Shown piece by piece: positions 24,801-37,507 of a DNA stretch of 64,000 nucleotides; the first letter of the stretch is position 1, and each line of letters opens with the position of its first letter. The notes under the pieces are model-generated. The model did no database searches. It was not told the origin of the DNA and saw only the letters and a list, made by a program, of their open reading frames with translations. The position numbers and the translations under genes are program-made. The DNA is from Mobula hypostoma (Eukaryota): assembly GCF_963921235.1 (NCBI RefSeq), contig NC_086097.1, forward strand, positions 158,474,001-158,538,000. The letters are read 5' to 3'.

Positions 24801-24954
24801 TCCAGTGATGGATTTGTGACCTAACCCATCTCCATTCTTGTCTGTTAAGTGAAGTGAATTGACGGAACAGCAGTATCGTTGTTGATGATGTGTTTGGAGA
24901 AGTTGCTGGTGGAAACTTGTCTTTGAAAGTGCTTTATCAAGTTCCCTCTCACTC

Positions 24955-26676
24955 ACTTTTTTCAGTTATATAAAGAGAAAAAGGGAGGTGAGAGTTGATA
25001 TTGGACCACTGTAAAATGATGTTGCTGAGGTAGTAAGCAGTGACAAAGAATGGCTGATGAACTTAATGGGTACTTTGCATCAATCTTTACTGTGGAAGAC
25101 ACCAGCAGTGTGCCAAAGATCTGTGATTATCAGGGAGCAGGAGTTAGTGCTATTGCTATTACAAAGGAGAAAGTGCTAGGCAAACTCATATGTCTTAACT
25201 TGGGTATGTTACCTGGGCCAGATGGACTACATCCCAGGTCCTGATAGAGGTTGTTGAAGAGATTACTGATGCATTGGTGATGATCTTTCAAGAATCACTT
25301 GATTCTAGCATCTTCCCGGAGGACTGGAAGGTTGCAAATGTCGCTCCATGCTTTAAGAAGGGAGGAAGGCAAAAGCAAGGAAATTATAGGCCAGTTAGCC
25401 TAACCTCAGTAGTTGGGAAAGGGTTGGAGTCTATTACTAAGTTTGAGGTTTCGAAGTACTTGAAAACTATTGATAAAATAAGTCAAAGTCATCATGGTTT
25501 CTGTACAGGGAAATCTTGCCTGACCAAGAGTTCTTCAAGAAAGTGCCAAGCAGGATGGATAAAGGAGAGGCAGTGGATGTCATTTACTTGGATTTTCAGA
25601 AGGCGTTTGATAAGGTGCCACACATCAGGCTGCTTAACAAGATAAAATCTTATGACGTTACAGGAAAGATACTGACATGGATTGAGGGGTGGCTGACTGG
25701 CAGGAGGCAATGTGTGGGAATAAAGTGGGCTTCTGGTTGGTTGCCAGTGGCTTGTGGTGTTTCTCGGGGGTCAGTATGGGACCGCTACTTTTTACATTGT
25801 TTGTCAATGATTTGGATAATGGAATAGGTGGCTTGATGGCAAAGTTTGTGGATGATACAAACATAGGTGGAGGGGTACGTAGTGCTGAGGAAGCAATGCA
25901 ATTGCAGCAGGACCTAGATAAATTGGAAGAATGGGCAAAATGTTGCAGCTGGAATACAGTGTTGGGAAATGTCTGATAATGCATTTTGGTAAAAGGAACA
26001 ATAGTGCAGACTATTATCTAAATGGGGTGAAGGCTCAAACACCAGAGGTGCAGAGGGACATAGAAGTCCTTGTGCAAGACTCCCAGAAGGTTAATTTATA
26101 GGTTGAGTCTGTGGTAAAAAAAGGGACCAGAATACAAAAGCAAGGCAATAATGCTGAGCCTTTATAAAACACTAGACAGGCTGCACTTGGAGAATTATCA
26201 ACAGTTTTAGGTCCGAAAGTCCAGAGGATGTTCATGAGGATGACTCCGGGAATAAAGGTGTTAATATGTGAGGAGCCTTTAGCAGCTTTGGGCCTGTACT
26301 CACTGTAATTTAGAAAAATGCGGGTGGGGATCTCATTTAAACCTTCCAAATACTGAAAGGACTAGATATGGTGGATGTGGGGAAGATGTTTCCCATGGTT
26401 GGGGTATCCAGAACTAGAGGGCACAGCCTCAAAATTGAGGGGTGACCCTTTAGAACACAGTAAGGAAGAATTTGTTTTTTTTTGCCATAGAGTAGCGATT
26501 CTGTGGAATGCTCCGCCACAGACTGCAGTGGAGGCCAAGTCTGTGATTGGTCAGGGCATCAAAAGATATGGCGAGAAGGTAGATCTGTGGGGTTGAGTGG
26601 GATCCAGTATGGAATGGTGGAACAGACTTGATGGGCTGAATGGTCTAATTCTGCTGCTATGTCTTATTGTCTCATG
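24955..26676 (+). mobile_element. CR1 LINE, decayed ORF2 RT domain to 3' end
   Basis: PGPDGLHPR, PEDWKVANV, GNYRPVSLTSVVGK, VDVIYLDFQKAFDKVPH and KFVDDT across frameshifted ORFs. Tail CTAATTCTGCTGCTATGTCTTATTGTCTCATGG. Confidence 0.95.
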
Positions 26677-27676
26677 GCACCTTGAGCTCCTCCACCAGTT
26701 GAGGAGGCAAAGATTCTTGGAGATACTGGATTTCGCGCCCCCCCCCCCCAATTCACCACTCTTTTCTTGCTTGGAGGCAGATAAAGCAGTGAAATTTTGT
26801 TATGGTTTGCTGAGCTCTGTGCATTGCCTGTGCTTGCCAGGAAGAATGTTCAGAGAATGATCCTATCACGTGAGAGGATTGATAAGTAGAAATGGACAGG
26901 CAAAGTGGAAGGCAAGAGGTGAAAGATGGATGAGTTTTGGGTGGCAAGCTGACTGTACATTTAGAGAGCCATCTGAGAATGTTGCCATTGAATGACCATG
27001 AGAAAGAAGAGGAGAAAACTGGAAATGCATCCTATTTGTTTGAAATAATTGAAGAAAAATAAATGTACCATTGAGTCAAACACTGATTTTAACTCTCATG
27101 CTTTTTGAAGAGGTCAGAGGTTAACTGCACTGAAATTAACAATGTTGAAAAGTCAGTTCCAACCTGTTGGCTTTGCATAATTAAGTGGAGCTTTTCATTC
27201 TGCTGGAGAGCGTCTTTTTCAGGAAAGCAGCTGGTTTCATTATGTCAGTAGCTTATTAAGTTTGATTTTAACAGGAGTTTTTAGATTTCACTTGGTAACC
27301 ATAGTGTTTTCAAGAAACTTGCAAATGAAGGTCAGTCAAGAGATTCATGGAACTGGGAAGGACCTTAATTTTTTTTTGCAAGTTCAGGAAGCTTTGGGTA
27401 AGGACATGACTCCGGATGTTGAGGGTGAGATTGTTGGAGTAAACTGCTTCAATTAAATTTGAGCTTCATGTTTAACCTTTCCACTGCACAAATCCTGGAT
27501 ATAACCATTAGTGAACTTGCTGATTCTATGGCCACCTCAGCATCGTAGCTGTTTATGTTGTGAAATGTGATGTCTGGTCTTAATGTGACTCTAGAGCCTC
27601 TAAGTTGTTGGAATCTTAAATATCTGCTGGAATGACCTACTTCAGTTCATGGGGGAAATTAGTTATGGATAATAAA

Positions 27677-28314
27677 GGAGGAGGAGAAAATGACGATGCG
27701 ACGCCAGAATATCTGTTATCTGTCAAGTAGGATGTCGTGCAGTATCCTGATTTGATGGAGACAGAACGTGAGAGCGTGGAGGAACATCTGGTGAAACTTC
27801 TGAAACGCCTGTTTCACTGCCGCTGCTACTGTGTGAAACTGAATCTCGAGAGGGGAAGGCCCCAAGTCCTCGGCTTTGCTTGTTGCTCAGCGGCCGGGGT
27901 GGGATCGAAGTGCTCAGCAGAGATGGTGCTCGGTGTCGGAGGGCTGGTCGGAGGCTCGAAGTTTTTGGACGGACTCAGAGTTGGCTGTTGTTGGGTGCTT
28001 CCAGGGTACTGCATCAGCAAGTTTGCGGCGCTGGAAGCTCATGGCAGGGAGAGTTTCTCCCCCCTACCGTCTGCATGAGATGATGGGCTGTCGGGACTTT
28101 GAGACTTTTTTTACCGTGCCCATGGTCTGCTCTTTATCAAATTATGGTATTGCTTTGCACTGTTGTAACTATATGTTATAATTATGTGGTTTTGTCAGTT
28201 TTAGTCTTGGTTTGTCCTCTGTTTGTGTGATATCATACTGGAGGAACATTGTATCATTTCTTAATGCATGCATTTCTAAATGACAATAAATGAGGACTGA
28301 ATGTCCTTATAATC
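27677..28314 (+). mobile_element. Non-coding CpG-rich retroposon with Rex1-type 3' tail
   Basis: GC/CpG-rich body, then a T-rich region and AAATGACAATAAA tail. Possible TSD TAATAAA at 27670-27676 and 28315-28321. No credible protein. Confidence 0.55.
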
Positions 28315-29884
28315 TAATAAATAATGATCTTAAGAATCTAGCTTTCCCATTCATTTCTCTTTGTGAGTAAATGTAACCATTAAACGATTAATTTACCACT
28401 TCCTTCCTCTTTGTCAAAGGTATATCTTCATTGTATACATTGAACTATAAAATGGAGTAGATTTCTTCTTTTCTCTTAACTGTGCTCCTGAATAAAATGC
28501 CTTTATTTCTTTGTAGCTTATCTGTATAGCTTGTTGTTATGCAGACTGTCTTCCAACTTGCAGCTTTCTGCATTGTATTCACATTGTTGAAAGCTAAGTT
28601 TCCTGGATATTGCATTAAAACTTTTTGGAATTTAGTTTTGAATATACTTAAGATGAGGATTCTTCTCTCTATTGCCTTGTGCATTTTTAAATGGCATATG
28701 AGTAAGCTTTCAACAAGTTCAAAGAAAACTAATTCAATATTTCAACACAACTCAGGACTTATATATTACTATGAGTCAGAAAAAGAGATGAGAGAGGCTG
28801 TTTGAGAATTAACAGTGAACAGATGTGTCCTCACTGGATGCAAGATTTTATAAATTAAACTAATGCTGTTTCTAGGCAGATCATATTGATGCAGTGAGGT
28901 ATACCGAGAGCTATTCTAGGTTGAATGCCCAAGTGATAATAAATTGACCATAGTTGTGGCCATATCTGAAGCAGTCAGATAGTTTCAGACAGGAGAGGGA
29001 AATTGCGTGTCAGTGTACCTGCTATTGGAATGCAAACTTGTAATCACTGCTGGAAGCCCAGCCTCACTGAGAAGGAATTTGAGTCCGTTGATGTACTGCC
29101 TGTCATCTAGAGCCTGCAGGAAATCTGTTGGTATGAAGATTGAACAATATACTCAAAAACTGCCACACGGCAGTTTTGGGAAAGGTAGAAGACCAAACAA
29201 AATAACTCTCAAAGGTCGAATTTGTCAAAATGTTGGGAACTAGTGGAGGTGATGACTGTATGTGTTCACTCTTGAGGGTAGTTGTTTTAATACCCTCCAA
29301 CCAGAGATCTGAATACAGACAAGGTAAAGGGAGGAGAGGCTTTTGCTTAAAAAATATAGAAAGCAAAAGCTACTTTAGGCAGGGCAAAGCTGAATAATAG
29401 TAACAGTTGTTGAATTGTCACTTCAACCTAAATAATTCAGTAGACCTTTGAAGTTTGAGCAAAGCAAAAGATGCGGTCTGTTTTACTGTAAAATGATTTG
29501 GCAATAATAGAAGTAATTAAAGTGAATATTAATTGGAGGATCCTGTGTGCAAGCCTGTACCCTTTTTAGTTCTCAGTAAAGTAATTCATTGCTTTGAACA
29601 AGAGGGTGGGAAGAAGCAGCTGTTAGAGCTTTGTATGTGGTCAGCCGAAAGCAGTAAAAACAACATGATATGACGGTGTTTGACAATTGAAACCACATGC
29701 TCATACTAGAGTGGAAATGATTATGAACACATGACTATTTTCTTTCCAGTCACTGCCCATCTTTATACCCAAGGGACTCATAAATCATTACAGTGTATTA
29801 AACTATTTGCTTACAACAAAGCTGTGTTATAGGTACATGACTGAACATAATATTATAGTAGCACATGAAAAGAAAACATATATA

Positions 29885-30063
29885 TGAAATCTAAAATTAA
29901 AATAGAGATGATGGAAATACTCAATAGGTCAGGCCATATATGTGGGGAGACAAGTGGGGTTAATGTTTCAGGTCAAAGTTGAAGGGTCTGAAACATTCAC
30001 TTTGTTTCTCTTCCTATAGAAATGGCCTGACCTACTGAGTACATCCTGCATTTTCTGTTTTTA
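29885..30063. mobile_element. Fold-back mini-element of two inverted Penelope pLTR ends
   Basis: TACTCAATAGGTCAGGCCAT...AATGTTTCAG and CTGAAACATT...ATGGCCTGACCTACTGAGTA form inverted arms. Confidence 0.7.
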
Positions 30064-31159
30064 TGATAGTAATACATGTTTAATTAGTGCAATTTATGGA
30101 TCTGGAATTCACTACAATGAATAAATATTTTTTGTGTTCTTGTTGTTGAACAGCAGGGCTGTTTTTTTCTGAGGTGTCTGCCTTGAATTGGGAGGAAGAA
30201 CCATTTTTATCACCAGTCCTCTTTGTCCTCATCAATGTCTCTTTGGCAATATTGATAATAAATCACTTGCCCTATTTTCTTCAAGTTGCACTAATGAGAA
30301 TGTGAGGCAAGTATAGTAATTGGATTCTGTGTGAAAGAAGTATTAATATTACAAGCTAGGTATTCTGTAATTGACCCATGCTGAGATATGATATTAGAGA
30401 TAAAACAGGTAGTGTCTTCATTGAATAATCATTGGCCTTTTACAAGAGCATTGGTGATTGTGACAGAGATTCTGAGAATGGAGGAGGAGAAGGGAATATA
30501 TCATGTGGGAGGGAATAAAACAAATGGGTGGAGGAATGCACAAGAAAAAGTGTTGATTCTAAGAGGGAGAAAATAAGACATTTTAAGCAAACAGCTTGAA
30601 ATCAAGTCACTCTGATAGAAATGTGTTTTCGTAGCTGCAGTGATAGAGAAGCACTCTGCAGTTAAAACTTTATTAGTGTGCAATTTATTTCACTAGATCT
30701 TGAGAACCTAAAGGGTTGTCACTTTCATAGTTGAAACTACATCACACCCATGACAGACACATTTTGTTTCAGATGGTTTTAGCTTTCAGATAAAGAAATT
30801 GTTTCCCCGTCATTCTATGTTGGATCGAAGCCTAGGTCTGAGATTAAAGATATATTTTTCCATTCCACTGCACCATTCAGTCCCTGTGTACCATCTGCTG
30901 CCTAATTTTCGCCTGGGTTGCTCTGTAGAGTTTACGCTGTCAGGCAGCAGCATACTCACACTGTAAATCTTGATGCTTTGTTTATTTTTCTTTGGAAATT
31001 CCAGACCAGTGACCTGGTGTAATATAACTTGCTTAAGACAGTTCCACACTTTCGCATGCATATAAACATAGCATTTCCTCTAGTCATCAGAAGTACCAAA
31101 AAATACCTCAGGTATTACATTGCAACATGGACCACTGAATAAAAGGAAATTGACTAATG

Positions 31160-31800
31160 CAAACGTAAGAGTCAGGAAAAGGCTATTCAGCATCCCGGGC
31201 CTGTTCTACCGTTCAATTAGGCCATGTTTCTCTGTGTTTCAGGTCTTCTTTATCACCTTGATCCATAGCCCATGACACTGTTATCTAGGAAACGTCCCTC
31301 AGTGATGAAATCTCCAATTGTTATGGCTCTCAGGGCCAGCTGGCAGAGAGAATTCCAAATTTTTATTTTTTTTGTATGCTCTGCGATTCAGGAGCAGCAG
31401 CTTCCCCTCTGCCATCCAATTCCTGGATGGACTTTGAACACAATTTGTTGCACTATTTTTGGTCTAGTCAATATACGTATACTGTAATTGATTTGCTTAT
31501 TTATTCTTATAATTATTTTTAATTATTTTTATAATTTTTTTCCTCTTCTATATTATATATTGCATTAAGCTGCTGCTGCCAAGTTAACAAATTTCATGAC
31601 GCATGCCGGTGATAATAAACCTGATTCTGATACTGATTCTGGAAGAACATTTCCGGATTTCTCTGTTGAATAGCTTTAATTCTAAGTACTTGTATCCTTG
31701 ATTATCCCAGCAGAGGAAATTGTTTCACAGTATCTTCTCTATCAAATCCTTTCAGCATTTTAAACACTTCCATCAGATCAAGTGTCAAACTACTACACCA
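31160..31800 (-). mobile_element. Old CR1 3' fragment interrupted by a Rex1 tail
   Basis: Minus-strand CR1-like sequence at 31160-31365 resumes at 31642-31800. Confidence 0.55.
31385..31641 (+). mobile_element. Rex1/Babar 3' end
   Basis: Similar to 8375-8625. Tail AATAAACCTGATTCTGATACTGATTCTG. Confidence 0.8.
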
Positions 31801-32029
31801 AATTTGTCTTTCAGAGATATGATCCACAAATCTCAAAATGCTAGTTTGAATTTTCTGTGACTTCTTCTCTCAAAGCATGTTTATTATAACAAACTTTAGT
31901 TAAGGAACGCTTACATTAACAATTAGCACAGCATTTCAATCAGACGGAAATTTATACCGTATGAGCGCAGAAGAAAGAAATGGAGGGCGCAATTGCACAG
32001 TTATTTACCCTTTGAAGGGGTGAGAAAGT

Positions 32030-32325
32030 GGATTATCAAAGTACACATGTGTCACCATATATAGCCCTGAAATTTGTTTCTTGCGGGCATCAGTAAATTC
32101 AATTACAACAATGGAATCAATGAACGAGCACACTCAACAAGACGGACAACCAGTGTGCAAAAGACAACAAAGTTTACAAATGAAAAAGAAAATATAAGAA
32201 ATAAGAAATAGTAATAACAAATAAATAAGTAATCAATAACTATCAAAAACATGGGATGAAGCGTCCTTGAAAGTGAGTCCATAGGTTGTGGGAACAGTTC
32301 AGTGATGGGGCGAATGAAGTTATCA
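32030..32325 (-). mobile_element. Rex1-type 3' UTR fragment
   Basis: Start (ATTATCAAAGTACACATGTGTCACCATATATAGCCCTGAAATT) matches 61080-61125. Confidence 0.6.
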
Positions 32326-32539
32326 AATTGCTTTGGTAGAATAATTACAACTTCGATTTTGGTATTTTAGATAAGTTGGAGCTTGTGTGGTTAAAAACTG
32401 TGGTTTAAAGTTAAGTCAAACAGTTATACCCAGATCTGCTAAACATATAATTGAATGAAAAGGGTGGGCTTAAAGTTCTTTAAATCTCTCATTTCACCTT
32501 ACTGCCGAAGTATGGAGGGTAGGTCAGTCACAAGCAAGA

Positions 32540-32718
32540 GAAAATCTACACATGCTAGAAATCTAAGTAACACACACAAAATGCTGGAGGAACTCAGCAG
32601 GCCAGGCTGCATCTATGGAAAAGTGTACAGTTTCAGGTCGATACCCTTCATCATTTTTTTCCAGTCCTGCCTGGCTTGCCTTGCTATGTTCCTCCAGCAT
32701 TTTGTGTGTGTTGCTTGG
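32540..32718. mobile_element. Fold-back mini-element of two inverted Penelope pLTR ends
   Basis: AACACACACAAAATGCTGGAGGAAC (32569-32593) and GTTCCTCCAGCATTTTGTGTGTGTT (32688-32712) are exact reverse complements. Confidence 0.85.
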
Positions 32719-33610
32719 AGGGGTAGGCAGTTTTGAGGAAGGAGAGAGGCTCCAGAAGGACTTTGACAGATTAGGAGAATGGTCGAGTATGTGACAGATG
32801 GAATACAATGTTGGGAAGTGTATGGTAATGCACTTTGGTAGAAGAAATGAAAGGGTTAACTATTTTGTAACTGGAAAGAATATTCAAAAGTCTGAGGTGC
32901 AAAGGGGCTTGGGAGTCCTTGTGTAGGATTCCTTAAAGGTTCATTTGCAGGTTGAGTCTGTGGTGAGGAAGGCAAGTGCAATATTAGCATTCATTTCAAG
33001 AGGACTAGAATACAAAAGCAAGGAAAGTAATGCTGAGACTTTATAAAGCACTGGTGAGTATTATGAGTAGTTTTGGGCCCCTTATTCTGGAAAAGATGTG
33101 CTGAAACTAGGGAGGTTCAATAGAGGTTCAAGAAAATGATTCCAGGATTGAATGGATTGTTATAAGAAGAGCATTTGATGGCTCTGGGCTTGTATTCACC
33201 AGAATTCAGAAGAATGAGGGGTGACCTAATTGAAACCTATTGATTGGTGAAAGGTCTTGATGGAGTGGATGTGGCGAGGATATTTCCTGTGATGGGAGAG
33301 TCTAAGACCAGAGGACACAACCTCAGAGTAGAGTGGTGCCTTTTTAGAACTGAGATGAGGAGGAATTTCTTTTGCCAGAGAATGGTGATTCTGTGGAATT
33401 TTTTGCCACAGGCTGCTGTGGAGGCCAATTCTTTATGTATATTTAAGGCAGAGGTCAATATATTCTTGACTGGTCAGGGCATGAAGGTATACAGGGAGAA
33501 GGCAGGAGAATGAGGCTGGGAGGCCAATTGGATCAGCCATGATGAAATGACGGAGCAGACTCGATGGCCCAAATGGCTTAATTCTGCTCCTATATCTTAT
33601 GGTCTTATTC
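32719..33610 (+). mobile_element. CR1 LINE 3' fragment
   Basis: RLQKDFDRLGEW and ORF 33244-33513 (KGLDGVDV...RRNFFCQRMVILWNFLP). Tail TAATTCTGCTCCTATATCTTATGGTCTTAT. Confidence 0.95.
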
Positions 33611-34569
33611 ATGATTGCATCAGGGTTTTCAACTTCCACACTGAAGAAATAGTGTGCCAGCACTGAACATGCAATACAGCGGTGACTACTTTCCTAAAAT
33701 TCAGTATTCAGTAAGTTAATCGAACCAAGTTTCAGAAACAGAGCATAACAAACAATTTTATTGCATTATGCAGTAAGTGTCAGCCTCTCAATTTAAAACT
33801 CTACTCAGAAATGTCAAGTAGCTCTTACTATATCAGTGCTTGGAAACAGAGGAAGAAATGCACAAATTGCTGCATAACAGTTGTAATTAGTATTTTGTAA
33901 AATGACAGTTATGCAATTGTCATTTAATTGGCTTTGAAGTTACTTCAGACAGACTCATTCAGAAAATCTGAGTGCAAGAACCTTTTTGCTTTCATTTTTT
34001 TGGAACTCTTAAACTGGAGCAAATATAAAAACTTAACTGGCCTTTAAGTTCTCTTGGATAACAGAATATTCAATACTAAACTCGCTGCTAAAACCACTGA
34101 GAGAAGGTTTCTTCTGTAGTATCCTCTTATACCCTCTCTGCGCTGATATGAATTTTTAATGACAACACATTGTTCTTGGACAGATATATAACAGGGGGGG
34201 AAAAACAGATGCTTCATCTGCATGAATTAGGTGAGTTTACAGTTTACAAAATAGTTCAGAAAGAAAAATCCTTGCAAGGATAACGATTTTAAGTGTTAAA
34301 ATATGCAGTTGCTGAATAGAAAAACATTATTTGTTGGTTTCCATATATGAATACAATTTTGGGGTAACATAATTCTTGAAGGCTATTGATTTTCACATTC
34401 TAGTTTCTTAACTACTTTAAACAAATTGATTTATAGATCAAAAAATATCAATGGGATGTTTATTCTAATGCAAAATAGACAGGACACTAGCAGCTCACCT
34501 TTAATGACCTATCCTGAAATTCTGTGACCAAAGAAGATGTAGGTTAATGAAATTTAAGGGAAAAAAAAA

Positions 34570-35630
34570 ACTGTAGATTCTGAAAACCTGAACTAAAAAA
34601 AAACAAAATTTCTGGACTCAGGAGGTCAGCAAGCATCTTTGAAAAGAGAAAGATTTAACATTTGAAGTTCTAAGGCCTTTTGTCAGAACTTAAGAAAAAA
34701 CGAATAAACTTTTCATTTCAGCAGCAGAGAGAGTGAGAAAAAATGGATAGAATAGAGGGAATATTCAAGACCATTTGGTTTAATGGGAGCAATTAAAATA
34801 ACACTGAGAAATGCATTGTGTTATTTTCTTCTATTTAATTCTTCATTCCCATCTGTTGTGAACAAGTTCTCATTACGTTCTCACAATTGTAACCATTTAG
34901 ACTTTCAGCTTCCACCCAATTACAGACACACCTTTTGTCTTCTATAACCTTCTCCTTTCCTGCAACTTTAAACATATTTGATTTCCTATTTTTTAATATT
35001 TCTGGCAAAAGGTGTACAAAACTTTGCTTAGATCACATTTAGAGTATTGTATTTATTTCTGTTCACTGCATTATAGGAAGGATTTGGAGGATTTGTAGAA
35101 GGTGCAGAAGAGGTTCGCCTAGATATTGCCTGGATTAGAGAGTATTAACAATAAGGAGAGGTGGGAGAAACTTGGATTGTTTTCGCTGGAATGTCAGAGG
35201 CAACTTGGATAGAAGTACATAAAGTTTGTGTGAAGTATAGATAAGGTTGAAAGTCTTTATTGGAAGGTGGGAATGTCAATTACTAGAGGGCATAGCTTTA
35301 AAGAGAGGAGGAAAGTTTAAAGGAGATTTATAAGGCAAATATTTTACACAAAGGAGCCTGGATACACTGACGGGGAAAGTGGTAGAAGCAGAAACAATAG
35401 TAGTATTTAAGTGTCATGTAAGTGGATGAACAGACAGGGAATGGCGGAATGTACACCGCATGCAGACAGATGTGATTGGTTAATTTGGCATCACGAGGGG
35501 CACAGACATTGTCAGCTGAAGGTCCTGTTTCTGTGCTTTACTGTTCTATGTTTGATGTAAAGGTTTCTGACCTGAAATGTAAATTCTCTTTTACCGACCA
35601 ATAATGCTGCCCAACCTGTTGAGTAAATAT
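34570..35630. mobile_element. Old inverted Penelope pLTR pair whose right arm is split by CR1
   Basis: Minus-oriented pLTR at 34570-34780. Plus-oriented pLTR at ~34860-35012 resumes at 35559-35630 (AAAGGTTTCTGACCTGAAATGT...ATGCTGCCCAACCTGTTGAGT). Confidence 0.5.
35015..35556 (+). mobile_element. CR1 LINE 3' fragment
   Basis: YKTLLRSHLEYC...HYRKDLEDL. Tail CCTGTTTCTGTGCTTACTGTTCTATGTT. Confidence 0.85.
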
Positions 35631-35839
35631 GGAAACACAGAAATTAGGAGCAGGATTAAACCATTCAGTCCTTTGGGTCTCATTGACTATTCACCACAAT
35701 GGTAGTTGACATCAGTGACCTGTTGCTGCTTTGTTCATGACTCTAGTATTCCCAGTATTCTCTAATTTTACATTGGATCTTAGTCAATGGGTCACATGAT
35801 CACCCTCTTAAGCCACAGGGTAAATATGTTTAATTAATT

Positions 35840-36038
35840 GACATGGATGGCTGAGGAAGCCACATCATTGGGTATCTTACGGCACAGGCTGATAGGTTCT
35901 TGGTTAGTAAGAGCATCAAAGGTTATGCGGTGAAGGTAGAAGAATGCAGTTGAGAGGGAAGATAAATCAGCTATGATCGTTTGGCAGAGGTGACTTGATG
36001 GATCAAATGGCTTAATTCTGCTCCTATGTCTTATGGTT
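35840..36038 (+). mobile_element. CR1 3' tail
   Basis: Similar to 33410-33605. Ends TAATTCTGCTCCTATGTCTTATGG. Confidence 0.8.
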
Positions 36039-36729
36039 TGTATCTCTTGACTACTTCAAGTTAGTAAGTGACTTAAGCATGCATAGCACAGGCCAAGTGA
36101 AAGCATGACTTATTGAAATGTAACACCTCTAGTTATGTCGATAAGTGTAATGTGCATACTGCAGTAGGCTAAATGAACTTTGAAGTTATCTTTGGTTCTG
36201 CTGAATGAAAGAACTATATTGCTCTGAGAACTCGTGAAAATGAACCACAACCAATTTCCTCATCATCATTTTGTAGTTATCACATTTAATCTTGTCTCCG
36301 AAGGCAGCAATGATATGTATTCAGAAGAGATTTGTGACTCCAGAGTTAGGAAATGTTACCTGAATCATGCTTGCATTCCTCTGTGCGTAGTTGTAAGGAC
36401 TGTGATCAGTAAGGTTGCTCTTGGACATGGATCTCGGCAATTATATATATTGGAAGCATTCTCTTTGGAGATAGAACAGCAATTGTATGTTATATTTCTT
36501 AAACATTGACCTTTAACATAGAGTTGCTAATAAGTCATGGAACTTTGTATAGAGCTTGTCTTTTTTGAAAACAGGGAAATTAAATCATCTAAATTTCCAT
36601 TCAGTTTATCTCTTGAACAAGATTGTTCATACTTGAGTTGTTAGTAAGCTTCACTTTGCAAGATGTGGGCGTTGGTAACAAAGCCAGCACCTATTGTCTA
36701 TGCTTAATTGTTCTTGACAAGATGATAGT

Positions 36730-37080
36730 GACACATAAAATGCAGGAGGAACTCAGTAAGTCAGGCAGCAGAGGGGAATAAACATTCAGTCCGTGGGCTG
36801 CAATCCTTTATCAGGACTGCAAAGGAAAGGAGCAGAAACCGGAATAAGAAGGTGGGTGGGGAGGGGAATGGTGGTAGGTAAAACCAGGTGAGGGAGAAGG
36901 TGGATGGATGGCAAAGAGGGATGAGGATGGCTGTTACAGTGCTTTGCACCGATATAAAGAAGGGTGGGAGTTCTTCTGAAGTCGCTGACCATCCCTTTTA
37001 TCTTGTTGACTTCGAGGAACAGGTTATTTAGGCTACAACCCATTGTCGTACTTCCCTGGAATGTATTTGTGTTACAGTCA
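36730..37080 (-). mobile_element. Penelope pLTR fragment (36730-36930) abutting a Rex1 RT fragment (36945-37080)
   Basis: CATAAAATGCAGGAGGAACTCAGTAAGTCAGGCAGC matches pLTR ends elsewhere. NNLFLEVNKIKGMVSDFRR resembles Rex1 NNL.LN..KTKE...DFR. Confidence 0.7.
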
Positions 37081-37507
37081 TACCTGTGGGAAGCCAAGAT
37101 CGAATTATGATTATAGTGTGGCTCTATGATTGCAAAATGTTTTAGGCATTTACAGTGAATTGAATGATATTTGAAATGTGGATACTGTTGTAGTGAAGTG
37201 GGAAACGCAGTAGTCAATTTAATCACAGCAAGCACCAACACACAGCATTGCACTAGATTACCTTTACTTTAGAGATATTGACTTCTGAGCAGTAGTATGT
37301 GATGGTTTTATGTTCATCTCCTTGGGAATTCTGTGTGGTATGCTTCATTGAAAGGTAGTATGTATCATACCAAAATATTCTTCCAATATTTTAAAGGAAC
37401 AAGACCTTGTACCCAAGCTTCTAGACAGAGTTAACTGATATTCAATGGTGAGACCTGCGCAGCTTAATTGGAAGGTGAAAAATAGAATCCAAACTATTGG
37501 ATTGAAA

